Source of the DNA: Lama guanicoe
Taxonomy: Eukaryota
Assembly (NCBI GenBank): GCA_013239625.1
Contig: MU054693.1
Coordinates: 13,104,174-13,168,173, forward strand
Length of the DNA stretch: 64,000 bases
Direction: 5' to 3'
Every line of letters begins with the position of its first letter. Position 1 is the first letter of the stretch. Shown here in pieces: positions 36,823 through 49,530 of the stretch. Both the position numbers and the translations under genes were made by a program. The notes below the pieces were generated by a model. That model had not been told where the DNA came from, searched no databases, and saw nothing but the letters and a program-made list of their open reading frames with translations.

Positions 36823-38171
36823 TCCCTGCCTTCCATTTACTGCATGGAACTTTCCAGAGCTGGGTTTTGAAGGACAAATTGAAGAGGGCAGAGAAAAATT
36901 TTAGACAAAGGAAACAAAGATGAAAAATTTGGAATAAACAAAGGGAGCGAGAGAGAGAGTGCGAGAGGGCATCTGAAAGAACAAACTGGTAGGAAATTTT
37001 AGATAAACACTATCAATATTTGCAGGCTTTTATTTGTTTGTTTGCTGTTTGAGAATTCCTTGTGTTCTCAGTTCTGGATAAGAAGCTGGAACACCTAGAT
37101 TTAGTCCCAGATCTAATGTTTTGAGTGCTCAAAGCTCTTTCTTTGTAGTCTTTTGTTTCTCCACTTGTAAAGGTGAAGTCAAAGGGTCCTTCTAGCTTTG
37201 GAAGTGTTCAAATTCTAATCCATCCGGAACCAAATGGAGCTCACTCTGGAGTTCCCTTCTAGAGCCAGGAGAGAAGGAATGAAGGAGGGGTTGTCTGGCC
37301 ATGCTTATGTCAGCACTGCCATGGGGACTGGCGATAAGTAGGATGACACTTTCCAAAAGAGAGGACAACCAGTATGGGAAATCCAGGCTGCAGTCTTCCC
37401 TCCAGGCTGGCCCTGGAAATCCCTGACCGTAGAACATTCTTACCTCCAAAATCTTGAAGGGGCAAGGGGAGGGCAAGCTTATATTTGATGCCAAATATAT
37501 AAAGGCCATTCCAGTTAGGTAATGGAATCTGCAGCTTGAGAAAAGAGCAACTTGTTTTTGCAAGCATTTCTGGGGAGCCAGCCCCTCTGTTTCCACTCAC
37601 ACCAAATGACCTCAGGTCAACAGAATATGGAAAGGATGGCCTCGGCCACTGCTGCCAATAGCCAAGGCTAACGAGGCTCCAGGGGAAAGGCCTTCAAAGA
37701 GTCCGCAGATAATTACTCACCCTGTTTGCCAGTGAGGCTTTTGACCAAAACAAAGCAGGACTGCTACATCGGGCCAGACACTTGGAAGTGCAGAAATGCT
37801 GCATCAGTGGCCACTGGACTACGGACACTTCTATAAGCTTGTCCTTTGAGGTCTGGATCGGCGATGGGGCTGTGCTAGGGAGAGCCACTTCCCCCCAAAT
37901 TCTCTAAAGAATCAGGGAAACTGGGAAGTTGGACAACCTGCTTATCATCCCCCAGCAGCAGGTACCACTGGAAGGAAGAGATCTGGGTTCTGACTCTGAA
38001 ACATCTCCCCCTCCACTCCTGTGTGATCTTGTGCAAGTTACTCTCCCTCTCTGGGCCTTGGTTCTCTCACTCTTAGAAGAAGGAAGTTGGGTTAGTCCTG
38101 ATGCTTTGGGAATATAAAGAAGCGAGCTTTGCTTTAAGTAGCTAATATGTGACTGAAAATATACTTGCTGG

Positions 38172-38206
<35 letters not shown>
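38172..38206. repeat. Interrupted (TG)n microsatellite
   Basis: TG run with one TT interruption. Confidence 0.95.
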
Positions 38207-39336
38207 AGCAACTTTCTAATAGAAGAAACTAAGGCTTAGATGTAGGCATTTTCTCGAGTCAATTCAGTTGGGTGAACATGGGTTGGTTATGTTTCTAGGT
38301 CGGAGGGTAGAGGAGTGAATAAAGCTCAGTTCTTCTCTTGAGGAGATCCCAGCTGGTGGCGAGACAGGCCTGTAGAAAGCTGACCATAGCACAATGTGGT
38401 GGGAGCAACGGAGAACCTAACGCCACTGACCGGGAGACAGAGAGCTAAGGCAGGGGCGGAGGTCGACCCTCCTGTATTAAGCTGTGGGAAGGGAGACTGG
38501 GGGAGGGGTTTGCAATAGGGAAAAAATGATGATTATGGTTTATCTTTAAAAAAAAAAAAGGAGGGTGGGAGCGGCTGGAAGAAAGGATAGAGGAAGGCTT
38601 TCCAAGACAACAGGCAAAGCACAGACATGGAAATGTAAAAGCAAGAGCACCCACTGCATGAGATGGAACTAGAAACCCTCTGATTGACTCAGTGCTGCCG
38701 GAGTGCAAAACAGAAGGAAATGAAACATGGGATAGTGGCCCATCTGAGCCCTAGCAAATATCTTCTCAAAGCAAACCCATCTTTCTCCCATTAAGCCACA
38801 CTGCCTTTTATTTCACTTTGTTTGAAGATACCTTATAAAATATTTTGATGTACAAAAATGTTCCAAAGAATAAAATAATGAACATCATATACTTCACATT
38901 CAGTTTAAGAAATACAACTCAATCGACATATTTACACAGCCTTGCAGTCCCCTCCCGGAGTCTGCCCATGGGGAGCAGATTCGTCTTTCAACGTTGGCAT
39001 CACAGTCACTGAACCTTCCAGAATGAGACATAAAATTGGGATTTTAATTTATTAATTTATATTGCAAAACCTAACTGTCACATGGACTGGAATATGACTG
39101 TCCCTGAAGTCAGTACATTCCTTCCCTGTACCAAGCTGCAGGGTACACCACAGCTTAGTCAAAAGCCAATTTGCCAGTTAACAGTGAGAAATTCCAGGCA
39201 GTCTGACCGGTTTATTCTTTCCCAGTGACTAGTTCCTCATGAAATGTCAAATTATAGGCAGATGTTCTCTTGGTGAATCTGGAGTCAGAGGAGCCAAAAA
39301 TCTAATGGCACGAACCAGAGGTGGCCTGATTCATAT

Positions 39337-39425
39337 CTTCTTCCCTTCCTTCCTTCCTTCCTTCCTTCCTTCTTTCCCTTTTTCCTTCCTTCCTCCCTCC
39401 CTCGCTTCCTTCCTGCCTGCCTCCT
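39337..39425. repeat. (CCTT)n polypyrimidine tract
   Basis: 'ttcccttccttccttccttccttccttccttctttccc...'. Confidence 0.93.
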
Positions 39426-39603
39426 CAGGGTTGCAAGATAAAATAGAAAACACTCAGTTAAATTTGAACTTCAGGTGAACAACAAATAAATTTCTAGTAT
39501 AACTATGTCCCAAATATTGCATGAGACTTTTTTGTTTTTAATCATTCATTGTTCATCTGAACTGAGCATGTTGTATTTTTACTTGCTAAGCCTGGCAATC
39601 CTA
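39426..39603. mobile_element. MER53-like palindromic hAT MITE
   Basis: TIRs 'cagggttgcaaga' / 'cctggcaatccta'; body 'cagttaaatttgaacttcag...tatgtcccaaatattgcatgagac'. Confidence 0.85.
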
Positions 39604-40483
39604 TAACCCTGTCTTCCTTTGACAGGTTTTTATGGAGAATCAACCATGCGTTAGCGAATGGGACAGTTTTCATATTTTCTTGCTACCCAGCACCCTTTGA
39701 ACTCCCACATTATGTTTTCAGGGGTTTCTAGCTTTCTGAACCCTGTTTGACAAAGGTAGAATGGAAAGAATTCAAGTGACCCCAGGTCCCTCTGAAGCTG
39801 GGTCACAAGCAGGCCATCCACTTTACCAATGAGACTCACCTTTCCTAAATCTGATTGGGAAGTCAGAACTATGGAAGGAAGTGCCCCTCAGAGCCCCCGT
39901 CATTGGCCAGGGTCCCAGAGGCATCCAGCTTTTAATGGTGGGAGTACTTTTAGGGTCAAGTCTGGAGGTTTGCTCTGCAGAGCACTCACCAGGGCAGCAG
40001 TGGGGACAGAGGTGCCCCATCAGCTCAGTAAGCATTCTTTTCTGGACGTTCAGGCCTGAGTGTGGTTCTCCACCAACCATTACTCTCAACAGTACCAGGA
40101 AGGGTGACCTCCTATCCGTTTAACAACTAGTTTCTGCTTAATCACCCAGAGCTGATTTCTGTAGCTTACATATAAGAATCCTATTGACAGTAAGAGCTGT
40201 ACAAACCATGCACACACATGCACCCTGACCACCTGATACTCACAGATGCATGGACGAGGCAGGCATTGCTTAAATAAATGAACATTATAAGTTGTGATCA
40301 TTTATAATCATCTCTAGGAAGGCAAACCACATCTATAAGAAGTATTACTAGAGGGACCCTAACATCAATTTCAGGGGATTGTACAGCAGCCCCGGGGATG
40401 ACACAGAATGAGGAAGACATTTCTCCTGAAGACAGTGGGGAGCCACTGAAAGCTGTTAGCTAAGAGTGCTGCCTAATCTAGTG

Positions 40484-40808
40484 TTTTATTTTCTTTTTTC
40501 TTTTTCTTTTTTTTTTAACATTTTTTGTTGAGCTTATTGTCATTTTACAATGTTGTGTCAATTTCCAGTGTAGAGCACAATTTTTCAGTCATACATGAAC
40601 ATACCTATATTCATTGTCACATTTTTTTCTCTGTGAGCTACCACGAGATCTTGTATATATTTCCCTGTGCTATACAGTATAATCTTGTTTATCTATTCTG
40701 CATATGCCTGTCAGTATCTACAAATTTTGAACTCCCAGTCTGTCTCTTCCCACCCCCCACCCCCTTGGCAACCAGAAGTTTGTATTCTATGTCTGTGAGT
40801 CTGTTTCT
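40484..40808 (-). mobile_element. Young camelid-type L1 3'UTR with T-rich tail
   Basis: Highly similar to 952-1230. Confidence 0.93.
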
Positions 40809-40973
40809 NNNNNNNNNNNNNNNNNNNNNNNNNNNNNNNNNNNNNNNNNNNNNNNNNNNNNNNNNNNNNNNNNNNNNNNNNNNNNNNNNNNNNNNNNNNN
40901 NNNNNNNNNNNNNNNNNNNNNNNNNNNNNNNNNNNNNNNNNNNNNNNNNNNNNNNNNNNNNNNNNNNNNNNNN
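40809..40973. other. Assembly gap (165 N)
   Basis: Run of n seen directly. Confidence 0.99.
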
Positions 40974-41315
40974 TGGTGAAAAACTCAAAAGCTTCCCACT
41001 AAAATCTGGGACAAGACAAGGCTGCCCACTATCACCACTCCTGTTCAACACAGTCTTGGAAGTCCTAGCCACAGCAATCAGGCAAGAGAGAGAAATAAAA
41101 GGGATCCAAATTGGAAAAGAAGAGGTATAAGTGTCACTATATGCAGATGACATGATACTATATATAGAAAACCCTAAAAGGTCCACACAAAAACTACTAG
41201 AATTCAGCAAGGTAGCAGGTTACAAGATTAACGTTCAAAAATCAGTTGCATTTCTTTATGCTAACGAATCAACATAAAAATAAAGTAAATAAACAATCCC
41301 CTTTAAAATAGCATC
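40974..41315 (+). pseudogene. L1 ORF2 reverse-transcriptase core fragment, inverted relative to the adjacent 3'UTR
   Basis: '[67 protein letters not shown]'. It carries the YADD motif and a premature TAA at 41128-41130. Confidence 0.97.
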
Positions 41316-41419
41316 TTTTTTTTTTTTTTTTTTTTTTTTACATTCACTCAGTGTATATACTGGATTTGCATTTGGTCAAAAGCAGGAGGAGGCAATTCCT
41401 TCCCTCAGCTTCCACACCA

Positions 41420-42432
41420 ACACCGCCACCTGAGCGTGGTCTATACTCAGTGATCCACTTTCCAAAAGTAGATTATGGAAAAGGGAAGAACAGTACCTCT
41501 AAAGGGAAGAAAACTGGCCAACATGTCCTTAACCAAATGAGCAAGGTTAATGTCACCAGCCGCTCTAGACTAAATGTTTGCATCCCACCCCCAGCCCCCA
41601 ACAAAACTCATACAAAACGAATCCTCAGCGCGGTGGCCTTTGGAGGTGGGGCTTTGGGGAGGTAATTAGGTCCTAAAGCTGGAGCTCTCATGAATGGCAT
41701 TAGTGCCCTTATAAGAGAGCCCAGACAGGTCCATTCCACATGAGGAGACGGCTGTCTGTGAACCAGAAGGAAGGCCCTAACCATATGCTGAATGTGCTGA
41801 CAACTTGATCTTGGACTTCCAGCTCCCAGAACTCTGAGAAATAAATTCCTGTTGTTTCTAAGTGACTCAATCTGTGGTGTTTTGCTATAGAAGCCTGAAT
41901 AGGCTAAGATACCAGCAATGGGACATGCTGATAATAAGCACCTCCTGATCGCGTGGCATCAAGAGGGAACTTCACCTCCGTGGAATTCCTCCCCTAAACC
42001 CATATGCTTAGTCTAATCACGAGACAAACATCAACCGCAAATTGAGAGACAGCCTTCAAAATGCCTCCCCTCACGCACTCCTCAAAACTGTCAAGCTGTG
42101 AAAAGTAAGAAAACACTCAGACGCTGTCACAGAGCAGAGAGGACCAAGGAGACGTGATGACTAAATGCACTGTGGTGTCCTGGACTGGATTCTGGAGCAG
42201 AAAAGGAGACTGTAGCGTAAAAACTGGTCAAATCCAAACAAAATCTGCCGTTCAGCTAATAGTGATATATCAATATTACTTTCTTAGTTCTGACAAATAT
42301 GTCATTAGTAATGCAAGAGGTCAAAATAAGGGGAAACCAGGTAAGGGATCTCCAGGAACTCTCTATTAATTTTGCAACTGCTCTGTAAATCTAACATTAC
42401 CATAAAATAAAAAGTTTATTTAAAAAAAAAAA
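41420..42432 (+). mobile_element. L1MC3/L1MC4-like 3'UTR split by an MLT1A insertion
   Basis: 'ttccaaaagtagattatggaaaaggg', 'ctcctcaaaactgtcaag', 'ggagacgtgatgactaaatgca', and end 'ctgtaaatctaacattaccataaaataaaaagtttatttaaaaaaaa'. Confidence 0.85.
41561..41911 (+). mobile_element. MaLR solo LTR, MLT1A0-like, with perfect 5-bp TSD
   Basis: 'ggaggtggggctttggggaggtaattaggtc', 'cttgatcttggacttccagc', end 'gctaagata'. TSD ccagc (41556-41560 / 41912-41916). Confidence 0.93.
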
Positions 42433-43479
42433 CAGGAGCAGGAAAACTTGTTAATCGACTATTGCAGGCCGTTGTCTAGGCAATAGAATGGGCTGCAGTA
42501 AGGGCGTTAGGATAGCCAGAGAGACAGATCGGAGCAGAGGCAAATCAGAGCTTTATTTTGGGAAGTAGAATTGACAGTCTCGATACGTCCTTCTGACATT
42601 AGGGAAAGGCCTTCCAACTGGAGGAGCCCAAGGCCCACAGACAAAAGCCTTAAAGTGGTCCAGGCTTTACAAAGTGACTGAGGGCCCCAGCAACACATAC
42701 CAGATGCGTGCATGCCCTGACTCCTGATGGATTTCCAATTCTCCAACTCCCATGGAGAATAAATTTTTTGTCCAAATCCCAGAAGCTCTCCCCCTAAGCT
42801 TCTTACTCAGCTGATTTATAAATGTTTAGTTTTTCATTTTCATCAAATAAATTGTTCCCAACAGTGAGCTGATGATTCAGCCTGGGTGGGACTCTCTCTC
42901 CTATCCTAGGGCCACGTTCCTGCTCATTTGTCATGCTGCACTATGGTCTTAGGGTTTCTTTATTTATCCTGTAGGTGACTACGGTAGTTTTGCGTTCAAT
43001 TGTTACAAGTCTGGGTGGAGCTGAGGTGTATGTATTGTTTCTTACTGCAGAATGGTTTTGATGGATACCTGTGGAAGGAGACCAAGAGGAGGGAGAGTGT
43101 ATATGGGCAGAGGTGGGGAGTGATGGGAGGGGGTGAAGACATACACTTAGCAAGTTTTCCTTAAGCCTAAGGTTACGGTTTTTAAGGAGTTTTCAGGTTA
43201 TCATTAATTAGTGTTTGAGCCACACAATCCAACATGATTACTAGATAGAAAAATAAGGGACCTGATGGCCAGGAACACTGAGATCTTTGTAAATGTCATC
43301 CAATAACAAAAGGCAAGCTAGAAAAGACCTATGTTTTTGCTTCCTTGTTCCTCCTTTACCCTTATTTTGTGAGCTTTGGGTAAGGCGGATCCCAGCCCTT
43401 GGTAAATGAGAGAATTCCAACCTCCTGTTCACGGTCAAGGATGCCGCCTGCTGTAGGATGGGCCAAGGAGGGGCATATC

Positions 43480-43885
43480 TGGAAATTTTGCTGAAGATAT
43501 TGGAAAAGAGACATTCTTCCTACGCAGGTTGCCAGTCATTGGTCTACCAACTCAGTGTCAGAAGGACACAGGTGGTGGACCCTTAATTAATCCTGGGCTT
43601 GAGGTAGGACTATTTGACGATGAAACAGTTAACAGGTGGTAGCCTGTGTCTAGGTTTTTCAGTGTCTCGGTTTTCAGTGTCTCACATTATCAAGTTAAAG
43701 TCTGTTTGATGATACAATGAATAGATCTGAAAGCAGAGTGAGACAGGAAAACCACCTGAGTACTGATCACCCTGGATCAGCCCTGCCTAAAACCTAATGT
43801 TTATTCTTTCAATGTATTTTCAGTTGTATGAGATACTGAGTTTTGTTTTTATTTGATTTTTTTTAAAGACTCTTAACTCCATACT
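43480..43885 (+). mobile_element. Old MaLR LTR remnant (MLT1K/L-like)
   Basis: 'ccctggatcagccctgcctaaa...ttttcagttgtatgag...aaagactcttaactccatac'. Confidence 0.45.
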
Positions 43886-43922
43886 TCTCATAGAGAGAGA
43901 AATAACACCTTCCAAAAGCCTG

Positions 43923-44473
43923 TGAAAGGGGCAGAGTGTGCCTCTTTAGCATATTGCTTATTTTGAGCTGAAGAAAATGAAAAGAAACAGATGGAAAACT
44001 CCTTGAGCCTAAAAGCGGGTTATACATTTACAAAGTGTCCCCTCTCTCCTGTCTACCAGGAAGGACAGAAGTCAATCACGGGAGACAACCCTAGACCCTT
44101 GTCACCCTAGACACGGCACCAGAGAAGTCCACATAAACTTTGCTGAAACTAGCCCTTGCCTATCACTTGTCCCCCCATATATTTGCCTTCCTACAACTTG
44201 CCAACCCTGGAAGCTCACAGTCCTTTTCCTTTGTTTCATCCCTTCTCTACAATGTTGTTCTTTGCCAAGATGCTATATAAGCCTGAGATACCATCATCCC
44301 TTTGAGTTACTCTCCACTAAGTAAGTCCTCCTGTGTGTACGTGTGATGCACTCGTCCGTAAACTTCTGTTCATTTTTCTCCTGTTCATCTGTGTTGTGTC
44401 CGTCCAATGTGCAGGGCTCTGGGTGCTGACCCTAAGATGAGCAGAGGAAAAGGACATTCTCCCTCCTCTGCTA
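43923..44473 (+). mobile_element. ERV1 solo LTR, MER34-like
   Basis: 'ttattttgagctgaag', 'ccaggaaggacagaag', 'cccatatatttgccttcc', TATA 'gctatataagcc' (44272-44283), and end 'cctaagatgagcagaggaaaagg..ttctccctcc'. Confidence 0.8.
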
Positions 44474-44769
44474 AGCACTCCACAATAACCCTCCTGGGAG
44501 CCTATGTATAATTTCCCCTTTAACCATCATAAGAATATTAAGAGGCACTATTTATCTCATTCTGGTAAGGAAAATGAAAAATAGAAAAGTTAAAAATCTA
44601 CCCAAGCTTACAAAGGAGTTTCGCGGTGGAGGTATCACACCTGAGGTCAGTCCAATGAGTTGCGACCTCGCCTGCACAGACTTTTTCTTTAAGGACTGAA
44701 ACTGTTTTTGTGACTTTTTGAAGGAGGCATTTTGGAGGAACAATGACCCAATTCTGTGTATTAAACCTC

Positions 44770-46470
44770 CTTAGTGTCTCCCACATCTTTTCTCCATTCC
44801 CACTGCCAACACCGAATTCAAGACAGGACCTCCCCTGGGCACTGTGACAGCAGCCTGCTGAACGATCTCACGGCTCTGGGTCTTTGCTCCCACTTTGTTC
44901 TCTACTCTGCAACCAGAATTCATTCTAGCACGGTGTTAACTGTTATTTCATATATACTATTGTTTTATTTATTGACTTTGTTTTATTATGAGGTCTACAA
45001 GGACAAGGAACTTGTTTATTTTTCTCACCACTGGAAGCCTAGTGCCTAACAATATTTGATGCTAAGCCCTCAATGTTTAATTCATTCTTCTATTTCTAAA
45101 TACCTTCTGTAGGCTAAAAACTCCCAACTGTGTATGTCCAGACCATAACTTTCCCCAGGACTTTTGTATCTGTCGATTTGGTTTTTGCACCTGCATTTCT
45201 AATTAGTATCTCAAACTGAACAAACTGGGGGTGGATCAGGGATTCAAAAACGGAATCCCTGATCCACCCCCAGAATCTCCTCCCCACTGCACTCTGCCAT
45301 CTTCCCCTTGGGACTTGAATCAGGCAATCATCCCTCCAGGGGCTCGAGCCAAAAACATAAATTCATTCTCTGGACTCCTCACCTGGCCTTGCACACCACA
45401 TCCAATGATCAGCAAATCTTGCTGGGTGTCTGACCATACTCACTCCTCCACTACAATCCAAGTCCCCACTATTTTTCCTTCCTCCTAAGTTGTTTCCCTG
45501 CTTCTGCCCATGACCCATCCCAACCCCCAGGAATCCTTTTGACTCAGAAGCCCAGGCACTTCCTGTCTCTGCTCAGAACAGTCGGGTGGCTTCCCCTCTG
45601 GTTCAGCATAAGAGGTGGGAATCCATCATCAATCCGACTTCTCCCTCGCTCCAGCCCCAGGGCAGGCTTGGTGTCCCTCAAACACACCAGACATTCTCTT
45701 GCCTCCGGACGTGTGCCCTGGCTTTTCCCTTCACCTAGAACGTTTTCCTCCTGGACATCCTCATGGCTTGCCCTCACCTCCTTCATCTCTTTGCCCAAAT
45801 GCCTCCTTCTCACTGAGGCTCTCTCTGCCCGCCGTACCTAAAATGGCCACTGGCGCCTTCAAGCCAGGACATTTTGTTTTGTTGTTTGTTTTTGTGTTTG
45901 TCTATTTGTTTGTGCTTTATCTTCAGTGCCTGTCTGTGCTCAATAAATATTTGTTAAGTAACAAGTACCTGATAGCAAATATTTAATAAGTGAATGCACG
46001 AATAACTAAATCTCACCTCGGCACTGATGGCTTCCCACTGCCCTACAATAAAGTTCAAATTCATTAGAGCACAAGGCCTTCCAGAATCTCTGGACTCTCT
46101 CTCGAGCTTTATCCCTCAATGGCAAGCACACCGCAGCTCACCTACACCCACCTACCCTGTGTCCCAGCCACACTTCAGTGCCTGCTTAAAGTGCATGCGA
46201 AACTCTCTCTGCCTCCAGTCCATTGTGAAGTCTTCCTTGGCCTATCATGTTGCCCTCAGATGGAAAAGGTGGTCTTTGTAAGGTTCCTCCAGCACCTCAT
46301 TCTTCCCTGCTTTCAGCATTCACCATCATGTACTACTTTACTATAATTCTCTGGTTCTGAGAGGCCTCCACAGTGAGACTGACAACCCTAGCCACGAAAG
46401 ACGTATTTTTCTGTCCAGTGTATCTTCAAGCCTAGTACAGTGGCCAGATCTGTTGACGACTTGTCACCAA
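44770..46470 (+). mobile_element. Cluster of L2 LINE fragments
   Basis: Repeated L2 3' motifs 'gaagcctagtgcctaacaatatttg', 'gtgctcaataaatatttgttaagt', 'cttcaagcctagtacagtggcc'. Confidence 0.7.
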
Positions 46471-49339
46471 TACTTTCTTTCACTGCAAAACACTGCCTCT
46501 ATCTCAGGTAACCTATAAAGCCCCATGTCAAGCCTTTGGTTCATCTAATCCTCATTTGTTCACGGGTTGAATGAGAGCATTAACAATAAAACAAAAAAGT
46601 GAAACTTTCTATCCTTCTAAGCAAAGCAAAACTCCAAAAGTTCAAATAACTTTAATGTAACCTTTTGACTTTAATACGGATCTTTCCATGTGTTTTACTT
46701 GAAAACTGAGATTATTCATGACACACGCTAAAAGTCACTTCTGTTTAGTTTCTACATTAACAGTCATATGAATAGTCATGGTTGTATTTAGAAGAATTAA
46801 AACACTAAAACATAACAAAATGTCAAGTTGGCGTAGCCCCACCAACAGAAGTCATGCAAGACGCAAATGATATTAACTGGCTTGATCAGATGAAGTCTTG
46901 AGAAGTGATTACCTTTCCCTCTGGGAAGAGAGTCCCGTCACCACTGGTCTGGCCTCTCCTCTCAGAGCCTTTGATCTGTGCTCTCCCTTCATGGTAAACG
47001 ACATTGGAGACACTGGCTCAGATCACACACTGAAGGCGCAGCATACTTAGAGCTGGGTGCCCAGAGACGATGATGTTCTGCAGACCTGCTGGGGGAGGAA
47101 ATGACTTCCCCTGGTGGGTGTTGCGTCAGTCAAAGAGGGTGGCAGAGGATGTCAACGGAACAGAGTCAACATTCAGAGGCTTTAACTTCTGCTCTGGAAA
47201 TCCTATCAGCTGGGCCATCAGTGACCTCTTTTCCACACTCAGATCCTTGGCTTTGTCACAGAGCATTTTTTGATGGAACGGGTTGGGGGAGGCAGAGCAG
47301 TAACTACACACGTTCAAGGGGAAGAAGGTTCTGAGTGGGCTTGTTTATTTGACCTAGCCTCTCCAGGTCCTGGGTTTACCCGAATCAGTCTAAGAGACTT
47401 GTGCCTACAGCTGGCCCATCAGATGTGTCTAAAGCGTTCTCCTAGTGGACACTTCCAGGCTTTGTCTCCAAGCTGGTGATGTGTTGAAATGTCTCCTTGG
47501 GGTGCCTGCAATTTGTTCTTAGAAACGCATGAAAATTGTTTAGTCGTTTCTATAACCGATGGAAGAACGGTTCTGCAAGGACTGGCCTGCAAGGACAGTT
47601 CTCCCACCACAATTCTGATTTTTTCCAACCTGGGGCTCCATTGTGCTTTGATGAAATTGTCAGGAGATCAGGATTCAGGAAAAAAAAATCTAAGCTTTCT
47701 CGAAGATATTTTAGCTGTGTGAAGGACTGACCCTATATTGTATGTTTGGGAATAAAAAAATCAAATCATTGTAAAGCTGTAGTAATTTCAGTTACTTGTG
47801 GTTATTAGATGCTTGACAGCTATCTTCCCTGTTCTCTTTATTCTATAGGAAACTTAAATTTCCTAAACCAGGAGTAAACCAGGTGTCCCCAAGCGCTGCA
47901 TTCTTAGGGCAGCCTTCTCCTTCATATCCAAATGGCAAAATCCAAGTTCCAGCAGCACACATGGGAAGATGCACCTGTTTCCCAGGTGTTTCTGAGAAGC
48001 CCTAGGAAGCGACTGTATGTCCCACACGTGTATGTTGGTTGGGCCGTTTCTCTCATTCCAGGTCAACACCCTCAGCCTCTCCTCCATTTTGCTACCTCCT
48101 CTTCTGCCACAGTTCTTTCTTCTTACCCATCACTTTATCCCATTAAGTACCACTGAGGTGCACTCAACTTTATCCAGGTTTACTAAGGCTTGTTAAAGGG
48201 AGTGACAACACAGAAAAGGAAAATCCAGCGCTGAATGCTGAACATTTGTCTCCTTAAGTGCACAGCATCCCTCTCTGCAGGGCATCCTCTAGGGTCCCCT
48301 TTCTCCCTGGCAGGTGATTTGGTCCCTCTTCTGAGATGTCATGGAAAACAGTCCTTTTCTCAAGTTGCCTCTCTAAGAATCTAAGGCCTCAGCTTGCAGT
48401 CTCCTAACCCCACCAGAAGAATGAAAAAGTTAAAAGTAGTTAACCTCATAATCCACAAGAGATATACCCCACTTACCATGAACATCTTTTATTTGAGAAA
48501 CTTACAGCCTAGGCTAAGCACAAACCTTTCACGTTGCCACTTCGGTTCTAACCTTTCCCGAGCACAAGCAGTGAGAACTTTATCTACAAGGCAATGAAGT
48601 CTCACCCAAGATAGACAGAAAGATAGATTTCATCTTTCTCTACAGAATGCAGGAAACACCCACTGATGTTTTTTGAACTATCGTTAAGCAGAGCTGGGGG
48701 AATTTTGAGGGCATTCTGACCCTGTGAACAAGCAGACTTATGAAGGTGACTGTTTAGGTTCTGAGGATATAGCAATTCAAAAAGTCAGACCCAGACTTCA
48801 GTGTCATGAGCCCTTCAGACAAAAAGCCAAGCTGATTTAGCAGCCATGATAAGTACCATGACAGGATGTGGGGTCTCGTGGGAGCAGCATTGCACCATAT
48901 ACAGCACCAAATACACTTGAAGGCTGTGGCTTGGAGGTTAAATTCCAATTAAACCTCTTGAGTTTTGACACTTGGCAATCTAGGAATTCCTTTACAGACA
49001 CACGAATAAACCACACTGCCAGAAAACCACATACTCTGCTTCTTAAAGGTCCCATGGTATCCTGGATGCTAAGTAGCTCTTGTGAAACAATCTCTCTTAG
49101 GAGTTAAGAAAACATTAGACAATATTTATTTTAAGCATCCATTAGAAATTAAGAAAGAGAGGTGCATGAAAATAAAAAATGGCTGAGCCCTAAAATGATG
49201 AAATAGTTGAAAGACAATTTAATATATTGTGCAAAATGCAGGAATAATTGTGCATTTTCGGGAGAACAAAAATTCTAAGTTATTTTGTTATAATTAAATT
49301 GCATTCTTGTATCAAAATCATTATATATTTATTGGAGTA

Positions 49340-49530
49340 CAGAATAACAGTAAGGAGCATAGTTGTATAGCAGAAAATATTTAAATCTCAGCTCTGCCAC
49401 TCCCTTAGACAACTTAGTTGCTTCTCTAAGCTTCAAACTGCATATTTATAAATAGGATAGGATTATTGTGATGAGGAAAGAAAGAAATGTAATTAAGTCA
49501 GAACACTCAATAAATGCCAGTTGTTATTAT
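49340..49530 (+). mobile_element. MIR SINE
   Basis: 'tttaaatctcagctctgccactc...gaacactcaataaatgccagttgttatta'. Confidence 0.7.

Noticed and set aside
40525-41210. 201-aa and 173-aa ORFs
   Set aside because: They are open only because they read through the N gap. The minus-strand one is the antisense shadow of L1 ORF2.
45944-45985. 13-bp stem hairpin (taaatatttgtta / tagcaaatattta)
   Set aside because: It is explained by two L2-tail words that each contain the self-palindromic 'aaatattt'; it is AT-rich and weak.
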